Assembly (NCBI RefSeq): GCF_001194135.2
Contig: NC_068991.1
Span: 7,595,051-7,634,829 of the forward strand
From: Octopus bimaculoides
Taxonomy: Eukaryota
Direction: 5' to 3'
DNA: 39,779 nucleotides
The notes beneath the pieces are model-generated. The model had not been told where the DNA came from. It searched no databases and saw only the letters and a list, made by a program, of their open reading frames with translations. The translations under genes were made by a program, and so were the position numbers. This document shows, piece by piece, positions 1 to 12,900 of this stretch (its first letter is position 1; every line of letters starts with the position of its first letter).

Positions 1-27
1 TACATATATATATATATACATATATAT

Positions 28-178
28 GACGGGCTTCTTTCAGTTTCCGTCTACCAAATCCACTCACAAGGCTTTGGTCGGCCCGAGACTATAGTAGAAG
101 ACACTTGCCCAAGGTGCCACGCAGTGGGACTGAACCCAGAACCATGTGGTTGGTAAGCAAGATACTTACCACACAGCC
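28..178 (-). mobile_element. tRNA-derived SINE, family A
   Basis: Reverse complement of the tggctgtgtggtaag...ggttcagtcccactgcgtggcaccttgggcaagtgtcttctac consensus seen many times in the window. Confidence 0.8.
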
Positions 179-863
179 AACATTTATTTTCCAATGACTA
201 GTATGAGTTCAAAGAGTCTGAAGTACCATATTTTTTTTTTACTCTAGGCAAAAGGCTCGAAATTTTGGAGAGGGGGGGCCAGTCAATTAGATCGACCCCA
301 GTACACAACTGGTACTTAATTTATCGACCCCGAAAGGATGAAAAACAAAGTCGACCTAGATGCACTTCCAGGTGCCAACCCTCATCTCTTTCCAAGCAAA
401 GTAATAACCTCCCACTCTCTCGAACAATAAACAGCCCAGACATGGTTATGCAGTGAACTGGAAACAAACACTGCTTCTTTTATCTTTTACATGCTTCAGT
501 CATTAGGTGGTGGCCATGCTGGAGCACCACATTGAAGGGATTTTTTAATCAAAAGAATTAATTCCAGTAATTATATCTTTTCAAACGGGGCATTTACTGT
601 TTTGGTCTCTTTTGTCAAATAGCCAAGTTACAGGAACACAAACAAACCAACACCAGAACGTGTATGCACACACACATTTATACGCTGGGCTTTTCTCTCA
701 GTTTCCATCTGCCAAATCCACTTACAGGGCTTTGGTTGACCCACAAACACTTGTCCAAGGTGGGACTAAACCCAGAACCAGTTCTTACCAGAAAGCCATG
801 GCTGCAACTATTTTCTGAAGCATAAAAAATAATAAAAATAATATACTTCTTAAAGTTACCTAC

Positions 864-988
864 CTCTTTCATTGGTATCCATTTTTCAGCAGTAACACTT
901 AAAGACTGGAAATTCTTATCAACAAGATGTCTCAAACTTCCTATCACAAATTCTGATATACCAAACACCTCAGCTGTTCGACAAAGAC
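864..988 (-). CDS. TARBP1: TARBP1 exon (LCRTAEVFG...[14 protein letters not shown]), SpoU methyltransferase domain
   Basis: tctgttag acceptor, gtaggt donor, phase 1 to 0. The remaining exons are not in the window. Confidence 0.93.
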
Positions 989-3900
989 CTAACAGACATA
1001 CAGAAAAGCAAATGTATTCTTAAAACATTAACTTTTGCTTCCATTAAACAAAATCTCCAAATAAGTAAAACAGACAAGTGAATAAGTTATTGAGAATACC
1101 AATACACAGAACTCAGGTTCAAATACACTGCAAGTATTTCTTTGTACATTTGAGAAGTAGACTTCTTTTTATGAACTTTAGTACATCTATCATCATCATC
1201 ATCATTTAACATTTGTTTTCCATGCTGGCATGGGTTGGATGGTTTGGCAAGAGCTGGCCAGGTTCAAATTGTCTGTTTTGGCATGGTTTCTACAAATGGA
1301 TGCCCTTCCTAACACCAACCACTCTACAGAGTATACTGGGTGCTTTTTATGTGGCGCCAGCACCAGTGATTTATATGTGGCACTGGCCACATATAAAGCA
1401 CCCATGCTGGTACCACATAAAAAGCACCCACTCCACTCTATAAAATGGTTGGCATTAGGAAGGGCATTGGTGAATATTTACCATATCTTCAGGGAATGCT
1501 ACTTGCAATAGATTGGTATCTTATCCTGATAGAGATCTCAATACAGGACAAATACTTTATGTTATCAAAAGTTGACCCCAGCAGGAATTGAGCTCAGAAT
1601 GTAAAGAGTTGGAACAAAATACCAATGGCATAAATAAATAATCAAAAAAAAAACCCAAAATCTTTACCTCCTAAATTTGGAACTTTGTTGATAAGTGAGG
1701 TTACCAATACCAACTGGCTTACATTGGTCTTCTTTTCTAAGAAATCTTGCTGTTCCTCATTTAAAACATCTGGGGTCATTAATCGCCAAGGCATTATTTT
1801 CTTCTGAAAATCTAGGCCTTCTGTAGATGATTCCTCATTTGGCAACACAGGGGCATCTTTTAAAAGAGAAATATTCTAAATGAAAACATTACCATTCCAG
1901 ATTTGAAGAAAATTAATTTAATTAAAATATGTCTTTGTGATCTCATAACAAATAATTTACTCTTTTATTTGCCTCAGTCATTTGACTGCAGCCATGCTGG
2001 AGCACCGCCTTTAGTTGAACGAATCAACCCCCCAGAACTTATTCTTTGTAAGCCAAGTATTTATTCTATCGGTTTCTTTTGCCGAACTTCTAAGTTACGG
2101 GGGACATAAACACACCAGCATCGATTGTCAAGCATGGCCATAGTATATTGAGTGAAAAGTAGAAAATAAAAAAATAAGAATACATACGAGAAATTTTCAC
2201 TTTCCAGGGTTCTGACTTGCACTGGCTCAAAGCTCTGTCTTCATTATAGAGAGGTAGTAGCCTTGCTTTGCTTTCTGTAGGATCAGACCAAGCAGGATCT
2301 GTTTGACTGAACATTTGTGGTAAAATCCATTCTTCCTCATTTAATCCAGTCAGCTTAGGTAAAAGATGAAATATAGTCTACAAAGAGAATGAAAAATGTT
2401 CATCAAATATGACAAAATATCATTTTCATCATCATTTTAACATCCACTTTTCCAAACTTGCAAGGGTCCAATGAATTTGTTGAGGTGAATTTTCTATGGC
2501 CGGATGCTCTTTCTGTCACCAACCCTCAGCTGTTTCCTGGTAAATATTTTTTCCCATGGCCAGATTTTTTTTTTTTTGCAAAATATTGGAAATGAATGAT
2601 ACTCTTTTACACCAATCATGTAAAGTGGTGAGCTGGCAGAATCGTTAATCCATCTTTACGTTTTGAGTTCAAATTCCGCAAAGGTCAACTTTGCCTTTCA
2701 TCCAGGTAAGAACTCAGAACATAAAGACAGATAGAATGCCGCAAAGCATTTTGCTCAGCATGTTAACGATTCGGCCAGTTCGATGCCATAATACATTCAA
2801 ACATTACTTATACACTTACTTCAATGCTAAAATCTCTGATTGGATCAAACACTGCCATAAAATAAGATTCCATTAGCTTTATTGTGTTCTTCGTTGCATT
2901 ACTGGAATAAGAAGTGAAAAGCAAAAAGTTTAAAAAAGTGAACTAAAAATGCATTAGTAAATAAGTGCTTTCATTCTTTCTAGAAAATATATATAGACAA
3001 GGACATGGCTGTGTGGTTATGAAGCTTGCTTTGCAGCCACATGGTTTCAGGTTCAGTCCCACAGCAGGGCACCATGGGCAAGAGTATTCTACTATAGTCT
3101 TGGTTTAACCAATGCCCCATGAGTGAATTTGGTAGACAGAAACTTTGTGAAAGTTTGTGTGTGTGCATGTATGCGCATCTTTGTGTTTGTGTTGTCCCTA
3201 GCAGCACCTGATAATTGATATTGGTTTGTTTGACATCCCTATAACTTAGCAGTTCAGTAAAGAAGACTAATAGAACAAGTACCAGGCTTTAAAAGATAAG
3301 TACCAGGATCAATTTGTTTGACTAAACCAGGGCTGGCCAATCTGAGGCCTACGAGCCATATGCGGCCCATAGACTTATATCTAGCGGCCCGCTTGATACT
3401 TTCTTGAAATGGGTTTATTTAAACAAACATTTAAAAAATTTTATCAAAAATTAAAAATAATATTTCATGTTGAATCAACGATCATTCATTCATTATTTTA
3501 ATAGTAGCATGAGAAAATAAAATGCTTTCAATTCTGTCAGTATTCAAGTGGCCCTCAAAAAACTTTGTGATGAAAGTGGCCTGCAATGTAATTCGAGTTG
3601 GCCAGGCTTGAACTAAACCCTTCAAGGTAGTACTCCAGCATGGCCACATTCCAATGATTGAAACAAATAAAAGATAAAAGATATATATATACACAGACTT
3701 CTTAAGTAGAAAATCAGAAAGCGTGAAGAGAAAATGATATAAATAAAAAGATTGCTAGAGAGGAAGGGTAAGTGATCACCCCACACAGGTAATCAAATTA
3801 CTTTCAGGTAACCCTAACCCTAACCAGGTTACCAGCAAGAGTCAAATTACTTTACAAGGGGATTAACAATGTTCAAAGTAGCTGGTTTGCACAATGAGCA

Positions 3901-6900
3901 CAATTCATGACAACATGAAAACAATGTTACTTTTATATTCAGGATGTTATCATATCGCTGAAGAATCTGTGTTTAGAACCTCTAATGTATGTCAATTCCT
4001 CAAAGGCCTGCCATTAACAGTGGTTAAACCTCACAAAATAAAAAGACATTTTTTTATATTCTCTGCTCACATCACATGTGAGAGGTGACAACAACCATTT
4101 CAAGTAAATGACGGCAAGGAAAGAGAAAAAAAGACATCAACCTTTTTGCAAATGTTTTCTATTGAAATATACTGCTTTTGTTTCAACTAATTTTGAAACT
4201 AAGGAAAATTCTGTTCAATAACGATTATTATTAACCCTTCAGCATTCAGATTATTCTGTTAAAAGTAAAGCTCATTAATTCACATTGTTTTAAATAAATC
4301 ATGCATTATCTCATAGCTTTCAGATTTCAATGATGTAATTGCTTATTTTTAGAATGACATTGTAGGATAGGTGTGAGAGGCTGGATCCAGCCTTGCACAC
4401 CTATCCTACAATGTTGACCAATGCCTTGTGAGCCCTCCCCCACTGCTTGACAGACTGATGCTAGTTTGTCTATGTCCCATAACTTTGTGGTTTAGCAAAG
4501 AGACCAATGGAATAAACCAGACTCAAAAACGAGTACTAGGGTTGATTTGTTTGACTAAACCCTTCAAGGCAGTGCCCCAGCATGGCCATAAGCCAATAAC
4601 TGAAAGAAGTAAATGCTAAGAGGTAAATTGTATCAGTATTTTGATCTGAATACTTCCCTTACCTGTCATCAGTGAATTGAAGACATCCTTCCAAAAGAGA
4701 AAATTTACTTATGGTATGATTCAGTTGAAGGGATTCGCATTGTTTCAACATTTTACAACTTGTGGCATGAGCATAAATTCGTGTGTTGAAGTGATGATTC
4801 GTACACAACGGCATTAAATGCAGAAAGGCAGACTCATAGAACTTTGTCTATAAACAAGGAAAATAATGTTAATGGCTTCAAAATAAAACTAATAATTAAA
4901 GAACAAAAAGATAGCAAAGTTGATTATATGAAAGAGGTGCTGGAAAGTTCCTGGCTTTAAGGGTATCATGAAAGGCCTGGTTAGAAGCACAACCTTCTGA
5001 GTTCTTTTACGGGGCTTAGAAAAACAGAAGTGTGTGAATTTGAGAGGGGAATATGTTGAATAAAATCATAAGCATTTTATTTTACCCAAGGCCAGGAACT
5101 TTTCAGCATGTCCTCGTAAATAGACTAAAGTGATAAACCATACAAAATATAGTTGTCTATGGCAAGACATAAATAGCTACAAACAGAACCAAGAAGTCAA
5201 TTACAGGATGAGCTATCTAATCCAGTTCTCTAAGGTTTATGTTTTAATGAAGAATTAAACTGTATGTTTAATATATGAATTTTAGGTTTATATTTTGAAT
5301 TTTAATATACAGTAATTAAAACTTTCTTTTGTATTTTGCATTCGTTTTTCTGAAACATGAAATGATAAAAACAATGTTTTTTGTAGCTTATATAGCATGT
5401 TCTACATTTAATAAGATGGAACTTTATAATTAAGATTCCTGGTTGTTTGCAAAAGAATGAGAAATTATTTTTCAACAGTCAGACATTTTGTGTAATTCAG
5501 TATTTGACTCACTAGAATTATGAAATTTCAACTGTGTATGTCTCCTCCACAGATGAAATGAACAAAGTTCAACATTAAATACCATATTTTCTGCTCAACA
5601 GTGCATAAATAAGGGATTAGCACTAATGGCTTCAGGGAAAAGGACCGTTTTTGTTCTTGCCCTTCAAGTCATTTCAGTTGACAACATCAGCCAAAATGAA
5701 ACAAGACACAACAAAGAACTGAAACTTAATTCGCTGAGAGGTCGTATCTACTCTGCAGCATTCGCTACGCAATAGTAATCCAATATTCAAAATTACATGG
5801 AAACAGCAGTTGTTTTGATTGATATGAAACATAAAGCAAATAATATATGAATTAGGATAACAAAGAACCTGTTCAAGTTCTGACTCCAACCGAGGTCCAA
5901 TATGAGACAAAATCTTCAGCAAGGAACAAGTACACATGCTACTGGTTTCTGCTAACTGAAAGCAACAACAGCAAAGAATAAATGAAACAAGATTTTTTTT
6001 TTACAGTAAATTTATAATATACAGAACTAGAAATTACATAATTATAACTGGAAACTAAACTTTAGCTCAATAAGTATCTACATGAAGTGCATGCAAATAT
6101 GTACATTCATTTGGAACAAGTCTAACTGTGGCAAGTAGGATGTTCAACCCCAGCTAAGACACCACCATTGCTGTCACAGATTTTTATAAAGAGAAAAGGA
6201 GTGTCACTACATATTCATGGTATTTGTTTTGCCACTCTCAAACGGGGAATGAAAGATGGTGTTAAGGCAAACTAGCTTGCAAAGCAGGAGAACATTTCAC
6301 TGCTTTCAGTACTAAAAGAGATTCCCAGGTTAGCCATTATACAAGACTAATATATATGCCATCAAAACAGTTCATGTTTTCATTTATTCATCTTCTTTGA
6401 GACTCTTTTCTACTTTCTTAAGTATTTATCTTCAACATATGAGGCGTTACTAGCCAATCCACTTTCACCACTGGCCCCTATCTATGACAAGGTCAGCAGC
6501 TGAACCCTGGTTAGAGCTTCGTTAATGTCTCATAAAGTTTCTTTGACACAATAAAAGTCAGTGGCTCTATTTTTGTGTTTTGAAACAATGGCCAGTCGTA
6601 TAACTCCCTTCTCAAAGCCTATCCATTCAACCAAAATTAATTTTTACAATGTAGAACACTATCGGCTAAGAAAGTCTTCACTTCTGCAATTAACCACTTA
6701 TTATGAACAACTTCAAGTGCAACTCCAGCAAATATATCTCTTCTGTTAATTATCAGCATTTAACATCGGTGCAGCCCACTGGCTTGCCAGTCCTCAGTCA
6801 AAGCATCCAACCCATGCCAGCATGGAAAGCAGACGTTAAATGATGATGATGATGATGTTCCATGCTGACACGGGTTGAACAGTTCGACAGGATCCAATGT

Positions 6901-9900
6901 TTCCAAAGAATGAATTGAGCCTCGATGTCTGCTTAGGCATAGTTTTTACAGCTGGATACCTTTTACGTCTGCTAATGTTTTGTTATTTATTCATAGAGGA
7001 AGAGATTTACTGAAGATACAAATTTGGCAGCTTTATCTCATTTTTAAGCTTTAAAACACAGATTACAGGATACAGTAACTGACACAATGACATTCATTGC
7101 AACACAGATTTTTTACAAAGACTCATAAAATTTGGACATTTTTATATAGAAATATATAATTTCTTGTATTAAATCCTTTCTGCTACTTACCGTCTGATAC
7201 TGTTTCCATATTTGAGAAACATAAGAAGGAAATTTTAGAATCAAGCACAGTGCCAACCAGTCAAGCATATTGCGAACAGATGGCTGGCACTCGACCATTA
7301 GAGTTTCCCAAATATAATCCCAGACAAATTCTTGATTTGACTGCAAATAAAAGAGAAAAAATACCAAATGTTCTGAAATGTTATGGAGTGTTTGGTATTA
7401 GGAAGGGAATCCAGCCTTAGAAACCAAACCAAGAGACAATGGAACCTGGTACGACCCCTGGCCTTGCCAGTTTCTGTCAAGCCATCCAACCCATGCCAGC
7501 ATGGAAAACAGATGTTAAATGATGATGATGATGATGATGATTTTCCATGCTTGCATGGGTCAGACTGAATTTATTGAGGTAAATTTTCTACAGCTGGATG
7601 CTCTTCCTGTTGCCAACCCTCACCTTTTTCCAAGTAAGATAATATTTCCCTATGGCCAGACATGTTTTCACAGAAGTTTGCAAATGAAGGATACTGCATG
7701 CATGGTAGTGACCCTTATTTGCACCTTTCATGCAAAGTCAAGGCAAGGAAACGGTAAAACACACAAACACACACGATGGGCTTCTTTCAGTGAGGCTGAA
7801 CCCCGACCCTTATGGCTTATTCTCACCACACAGCCATGCCAGCAATGCGAAAATAAATGGTAAATAGCATGATAAATTAGGCTTTACCAAAGGGAATCAT
7901 AAATCATACCTATTTTGGTCAAGGCCTTAAAGAAGTGTCAGAAATGTTTTCTTGTGCCGGTGGCACATAAAAGCACCCACTACACTCCCGGAGTAGTTGG
8001 TGTTAGGAAGGGCATCCAGCTGTAGAAACTCTGCCAAATCAGATTGGAGCCTGGTGTAGCCTCCTGGTCCACCAGTCCTCAGTCAAATCGTCCAACCCAT
8101 GCTAGCATGGAAAGCGGACGTTAAACGACGATGATGATGTTATTTCTAATTTCAATATTTTTTCAATATTTGGTGGCAAGCTGTCTAAATTGTTAGCATG
8201 CTGAGCAAAATGCATAACAACATAGCATATTGTCTGTCTTTATGTTCTGACTTCAAATTCCACTGTGGTTGACTTTGCCTTTCATCTTTTCAAGGCTGAT
8301 AAAGTAAGTACAAGTTGAGGATTGAAGTCAATATAATTGACTTACCCCTCCTGCAAAATTGCTGGCCAGTGCCAAAATATGAAACCCCAATTTTATTTTT
8401 TTAATATTTGGTGGTGAGCTAGCAGAACCGTTAACATGCTGGGCAAAATGCTTAACAACATTTCATCTGTCTTCATGTTCTGAGTTCAGATTCTGCCAAG
8501 GTAGACTTTGCATTTCATCCTTTCACGGTCGATAAAATAATTACCCATTGAATACTGGGGGGCCAATGTTACTGACTTACCCACCACCACGAAATTGCTG
8601 GCTTTGTGCCAGAATTTGAAACCAATATTTTTTTCAATATTTAACATTCAATTTCTAATTCTTTCATATCAGAGAATAAAATTAAAAAGAACATCACTTA
8701 CTTCTAATATAAATTCTTTGAACAAAACTAATGCTTGGATTATCCTTTGTTTGAGGCGATGTGGTAAGGAATTGGCAAAGTTACGGTATGATCTGCATTG
8801 GTTAATTTCTCTGTGCTTTTCTATTAAAGCTATAATCAAGGAATGTACTAATCTGCAGTGCTTGGAATCAGAGACATTGAGCTGTGTTAACCAGTTAATT
8901 GTCAACATTCGTACTTCAATATCACACTTAGAAAAGCTGCAACACAAATATTTTCAATTTTTTTTTTAATTTTGGAAATTTTTGTTGAAGACTAAATATA
9001 AATACATTCTTTTATGATTTAGCTACAATTTGTTTTATTTTAGTTCAGAATTATGTCTTCTAGTAATGTTAAGAAACAAATATCTGTGTACTAAATCTTA
9101 GATATTTCTAGTATCTAAAAAAAAAAAAAGACAACAAAATATTCTAATTTTCAACTGTTTTCATTTAGAATACAAATTAAAACAATAAAAAACAACACAA
9201 ATAATAAAAATGTTTTGTGACTAAAACAAGAAGAACAAAATGGAAGATGGTCACTTACTTAGATTGGAGTTCATTGATGGCACATTCATTTTGAATGCTG
9301 CCAATAAAAGCAGAGACATCTTGTCGGAATCTTAAAATAAAACAGAATAAGAACTTCACAACAAACTCTTGGAATCTATACAAAATTTAAAAACAATCAC
9401 TGTAATCTACATAACACCCTTGTTGTGTCCAACCCAATAAGTGCCACACTAACCTTTAACCCCAGAACATCAACCTTCTACAACCTCTTCAGAACACTGA
9501 CCCCTTGGAACCTCCTCAGAACATTGGTTCGCCGCTGCCGCCACCGCCCTCATCATCACTTGTATGACAGTGATGCTCACTTACAACCATCATGCAAAAA
9601 ATACATATAAAAGACAGTCTTCTTCCAGTTTCCACCTGTCAGATCCACTCACACAGTTTTGGTTGGCTCAAGACTAGTGTAGAAGATCTTTGCCCAAAGT
9701 GCCACACAGTGGAATTTAACCAACCCAAGGCCACATGGCTAGGAAGCATTGGATATTGTAATCCTTGATATATAAAAGATTATGTCTGGAAGTAATGGGT
9801 AAGCTATTATGGTCATGGTATACAAACGATAATATAATATATAATGAAAATAAAATAACTGACAACCACAGAAATATTTCAGGCCTAAAGACACAAAATT

Positions 9901-12900
9901 AAAATGACATTGGTAACAAGAGAGAGGTCAGTTAAGGTTATTCGGTGGGAGCATGAACCTACCTTTCATTTTTCCGATACACGGTTCCATATGTACAAGC
10001 ATTAATTATAGTTCTGGTGAAATTTTCAGCATACTGAATCATTCCATCACTTTGAAAGACTTTGCATAAATGTTTAATGAAAATATTTGCCATACCAGTT
10101 CTCTCCTCTCCTATTTGAAGAATTAGTTCACTATTCTAGCAAAGAAAAAAAAAATTAGATAAAAATGAAACAATTTCTTTGAATTCTGAACATGACAATC
10201 AGATAATGTTCCTGCATGAGAAGAAACATCAAATGAAAATCATTAAAGTTTAAAACAAGAAGGAAATACTAAATCTTATTTTCCCTAACACATTCAAATT
10301 ATTTAAGTCTATGTAAATGGCTATTTTAATTTAATACTGCTTCTGTTGCATATAATGGGCTTTTATTCAGCTGGGTTCCTACCAGCAACACCAATGATTG
10401 CTTTTCACTGTTTCATTATATATCTATGGTGACAGATTTCACATAAGCAGTGAGTATGTGTTATTGATAATGCCTAACAAGGCTGAAATGCATCTAGCAC
10501 TATCATTTGCTACAGACTCTCTCTTTCTCTCTGATACATCATATTGTGGTTTTAACATTTAGCATTCAGCAAATTACTCTGTCAAATGTGCAATGCTTGT
10601 TTATTCAGATTGCTTTGAATTAATCATGTATTATCTTGTAGCTTTGAAATTTTGATGAATGCTAAAGAGCTAAAAGAAGAAGGATTAACAAAATTATCCT
10701 CTTCACTAATGCAATCAATTTATTTAAAGGATTCATAAATAATTAAGAAAGTTGATTAAGTTGAGTTGTGATCTATTTGATATGTCAAGTCCCTTTACAA
10801 ATAGTACACTGTTTCAATTATAATGACAGCTAATTTTAATTAGGTTTCTCATGCAATTACTAGTTTAAGTAATTATATGAAGCATGACAAACCATAGATT
10901 ATCTTATATCTTGAAGCATCAGTAAAAGTCATTTCATTCATTTTCAAACGATAATATAATATATGATAAAAATAAAATAACTGACAATCACAGAAATATT
11001 TCAGGCTTAAAGACACAAAATTAAAATGACATTGGAAACAATGACCATAATAGCTCACCACATGCCATCATTTATGATGGCTAATTGTAGTAATTTATAT
11101 ATACATAAGGTACATAACAATCACACATACATTCACATACTTCCCTTGTACATGCACACACATACACTCATATACTCACACAGAGATGAAATGCTGATTT
11201 TTTTCATCCCTTCCTTCTTTATTTATCTATCACCCCTTCCTTTCTCTCATTTCTATTACTTTCTTTCACTCCCTTTCAGTCAGGGTTATTTCTCTCACTA
11301 CTTCTCCTTCACTGAATTGCTATTTCATCTCCTCCTCCACATCTGGTGTGATTCTGAACAAATATATATATATATATATGTGTGTATATATATATGTACA
11401 AATATATATATATATAAACACTACACTCGTTATTATATTAGGAGATAAGAGATTAGTTTTAATATGTTTTTGTGTGGTCATCAGAACAAAACAAAAATTC
11501 ATTTGAAAGCATAATCACAATACTGAAAATATTAAAGACAAAACGAAAAATAACTCTGCAGTAAATATACTTTCTTGCTTAAACAACCAAATTTTTAAAA
11601 AAAAATATTTACACAAAATTCTCAAAAGTTTAAGATTAAAAGCAAGTCGTTATGAATCTAAATACTTAACAAAAGAGGTGCAGATATGGCTGTGTGGTTA
11701 AGAAGCTAGTTTTGCAACCATGTGGTTTTCAGTTCAGTCCCATTGTGCTGCACCTTAGAGACATATATTCAACAGGTTCACCAATGCCTTGTGAGTGAAT
11801 TTGGGTAACAGAAACTGTTTGGAAGCCCTTTGAGTGTGTGTGTGTGTGTCTGTGTCTGTGTTTATGTTTGACAACCAGTGTCAGTTTCTTTTACATATCT
11901 GCAACTTTGCAGTTCAGTAATAGAGACTGACAAAGTAAGTACCAAACTTAAAAAGAAATACTGAGGTCAATTTGTTTGACCCTTCATGGCTGCAGTCCAA
12001 CAACAGAAACAAAAAAAAGAAGAAAGATGAAACATAAAAAAATACAAAATTAAGGATTCAAGAAACATTACCTCCTGAAGAAATTTATTGATAGAAGAAT
12101 CAGGCGCAGATCTGATGGTCTCAGTTTGGAAGCAACTAGTAACATAGGCTTCAAACAACTGCCAATAAGCTGCGGACTTGTGTTCTTCTTCAATGCGATT
12201 CCATGCAACATTCATTGCATTGACAATAATATCACAGTAAGTTGACTCAGAGGCTACCTATTACGAAAAATACAATGATATATTAAAACAATGAAGCTTG
12301 AAGTTGAGTTCGATATATTTCCCAAGGAAAGATTAATGAATGGCTGCAATAAGATATATAAAACTCAAGATAGGAAGGAATGTCTTATTTTGTAAGCATT
12401 GCAAATTTCTGTCACAGATGACTTAATGAAAACAATATCCACTTACCAAAGCAATATCATATTTTTACCTGAGCAATATCATTTTCGAGGCACTTAAGCA
12501 TTGGTAAAGCACTGTCACCAGAACCAAGGCAAAGAGCATCCATTGTTTGTTGGAGTAACTTTTCAGACTCATTCAAATTAGAGACTGACTTTTCTTGAAT
12601 TTGGCTAAAGTACAGCATACACCACCATCTGTTGATGGAATAAAGGCTGCTGAGTTTACCCCATGCGTATCTTAATAATTGATTTTTGTCAGCATCTTTC
12701 ACACTGTTAAAAAAAAACAAAAAAAAAACAGATAATAATAATAACAATGATGATGCTGATGATGATGATGATAATGATGATAATGCTTTCTACTAAAGGC
12801 TCAAGGCCTGATAGTTGTAGGAAGGGGACTAGTTGATTACATTGACCCCAGTGTTTCACTTAATTTATTGACCCTGCAAAGATGAAAAGCAAAGTCAACC

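Noticed and set aside
5674-5868. Continuation of ORF 5674..5937 past the exon
   Set aside because: Intron read-through. The next TARBP1-like peptide resumes in phase at 4847.
11026-11448. 140-aa plus-strand ORF
   Set aside because: Low-complexity pyrimidine and microsatellite sequence with no domain features.
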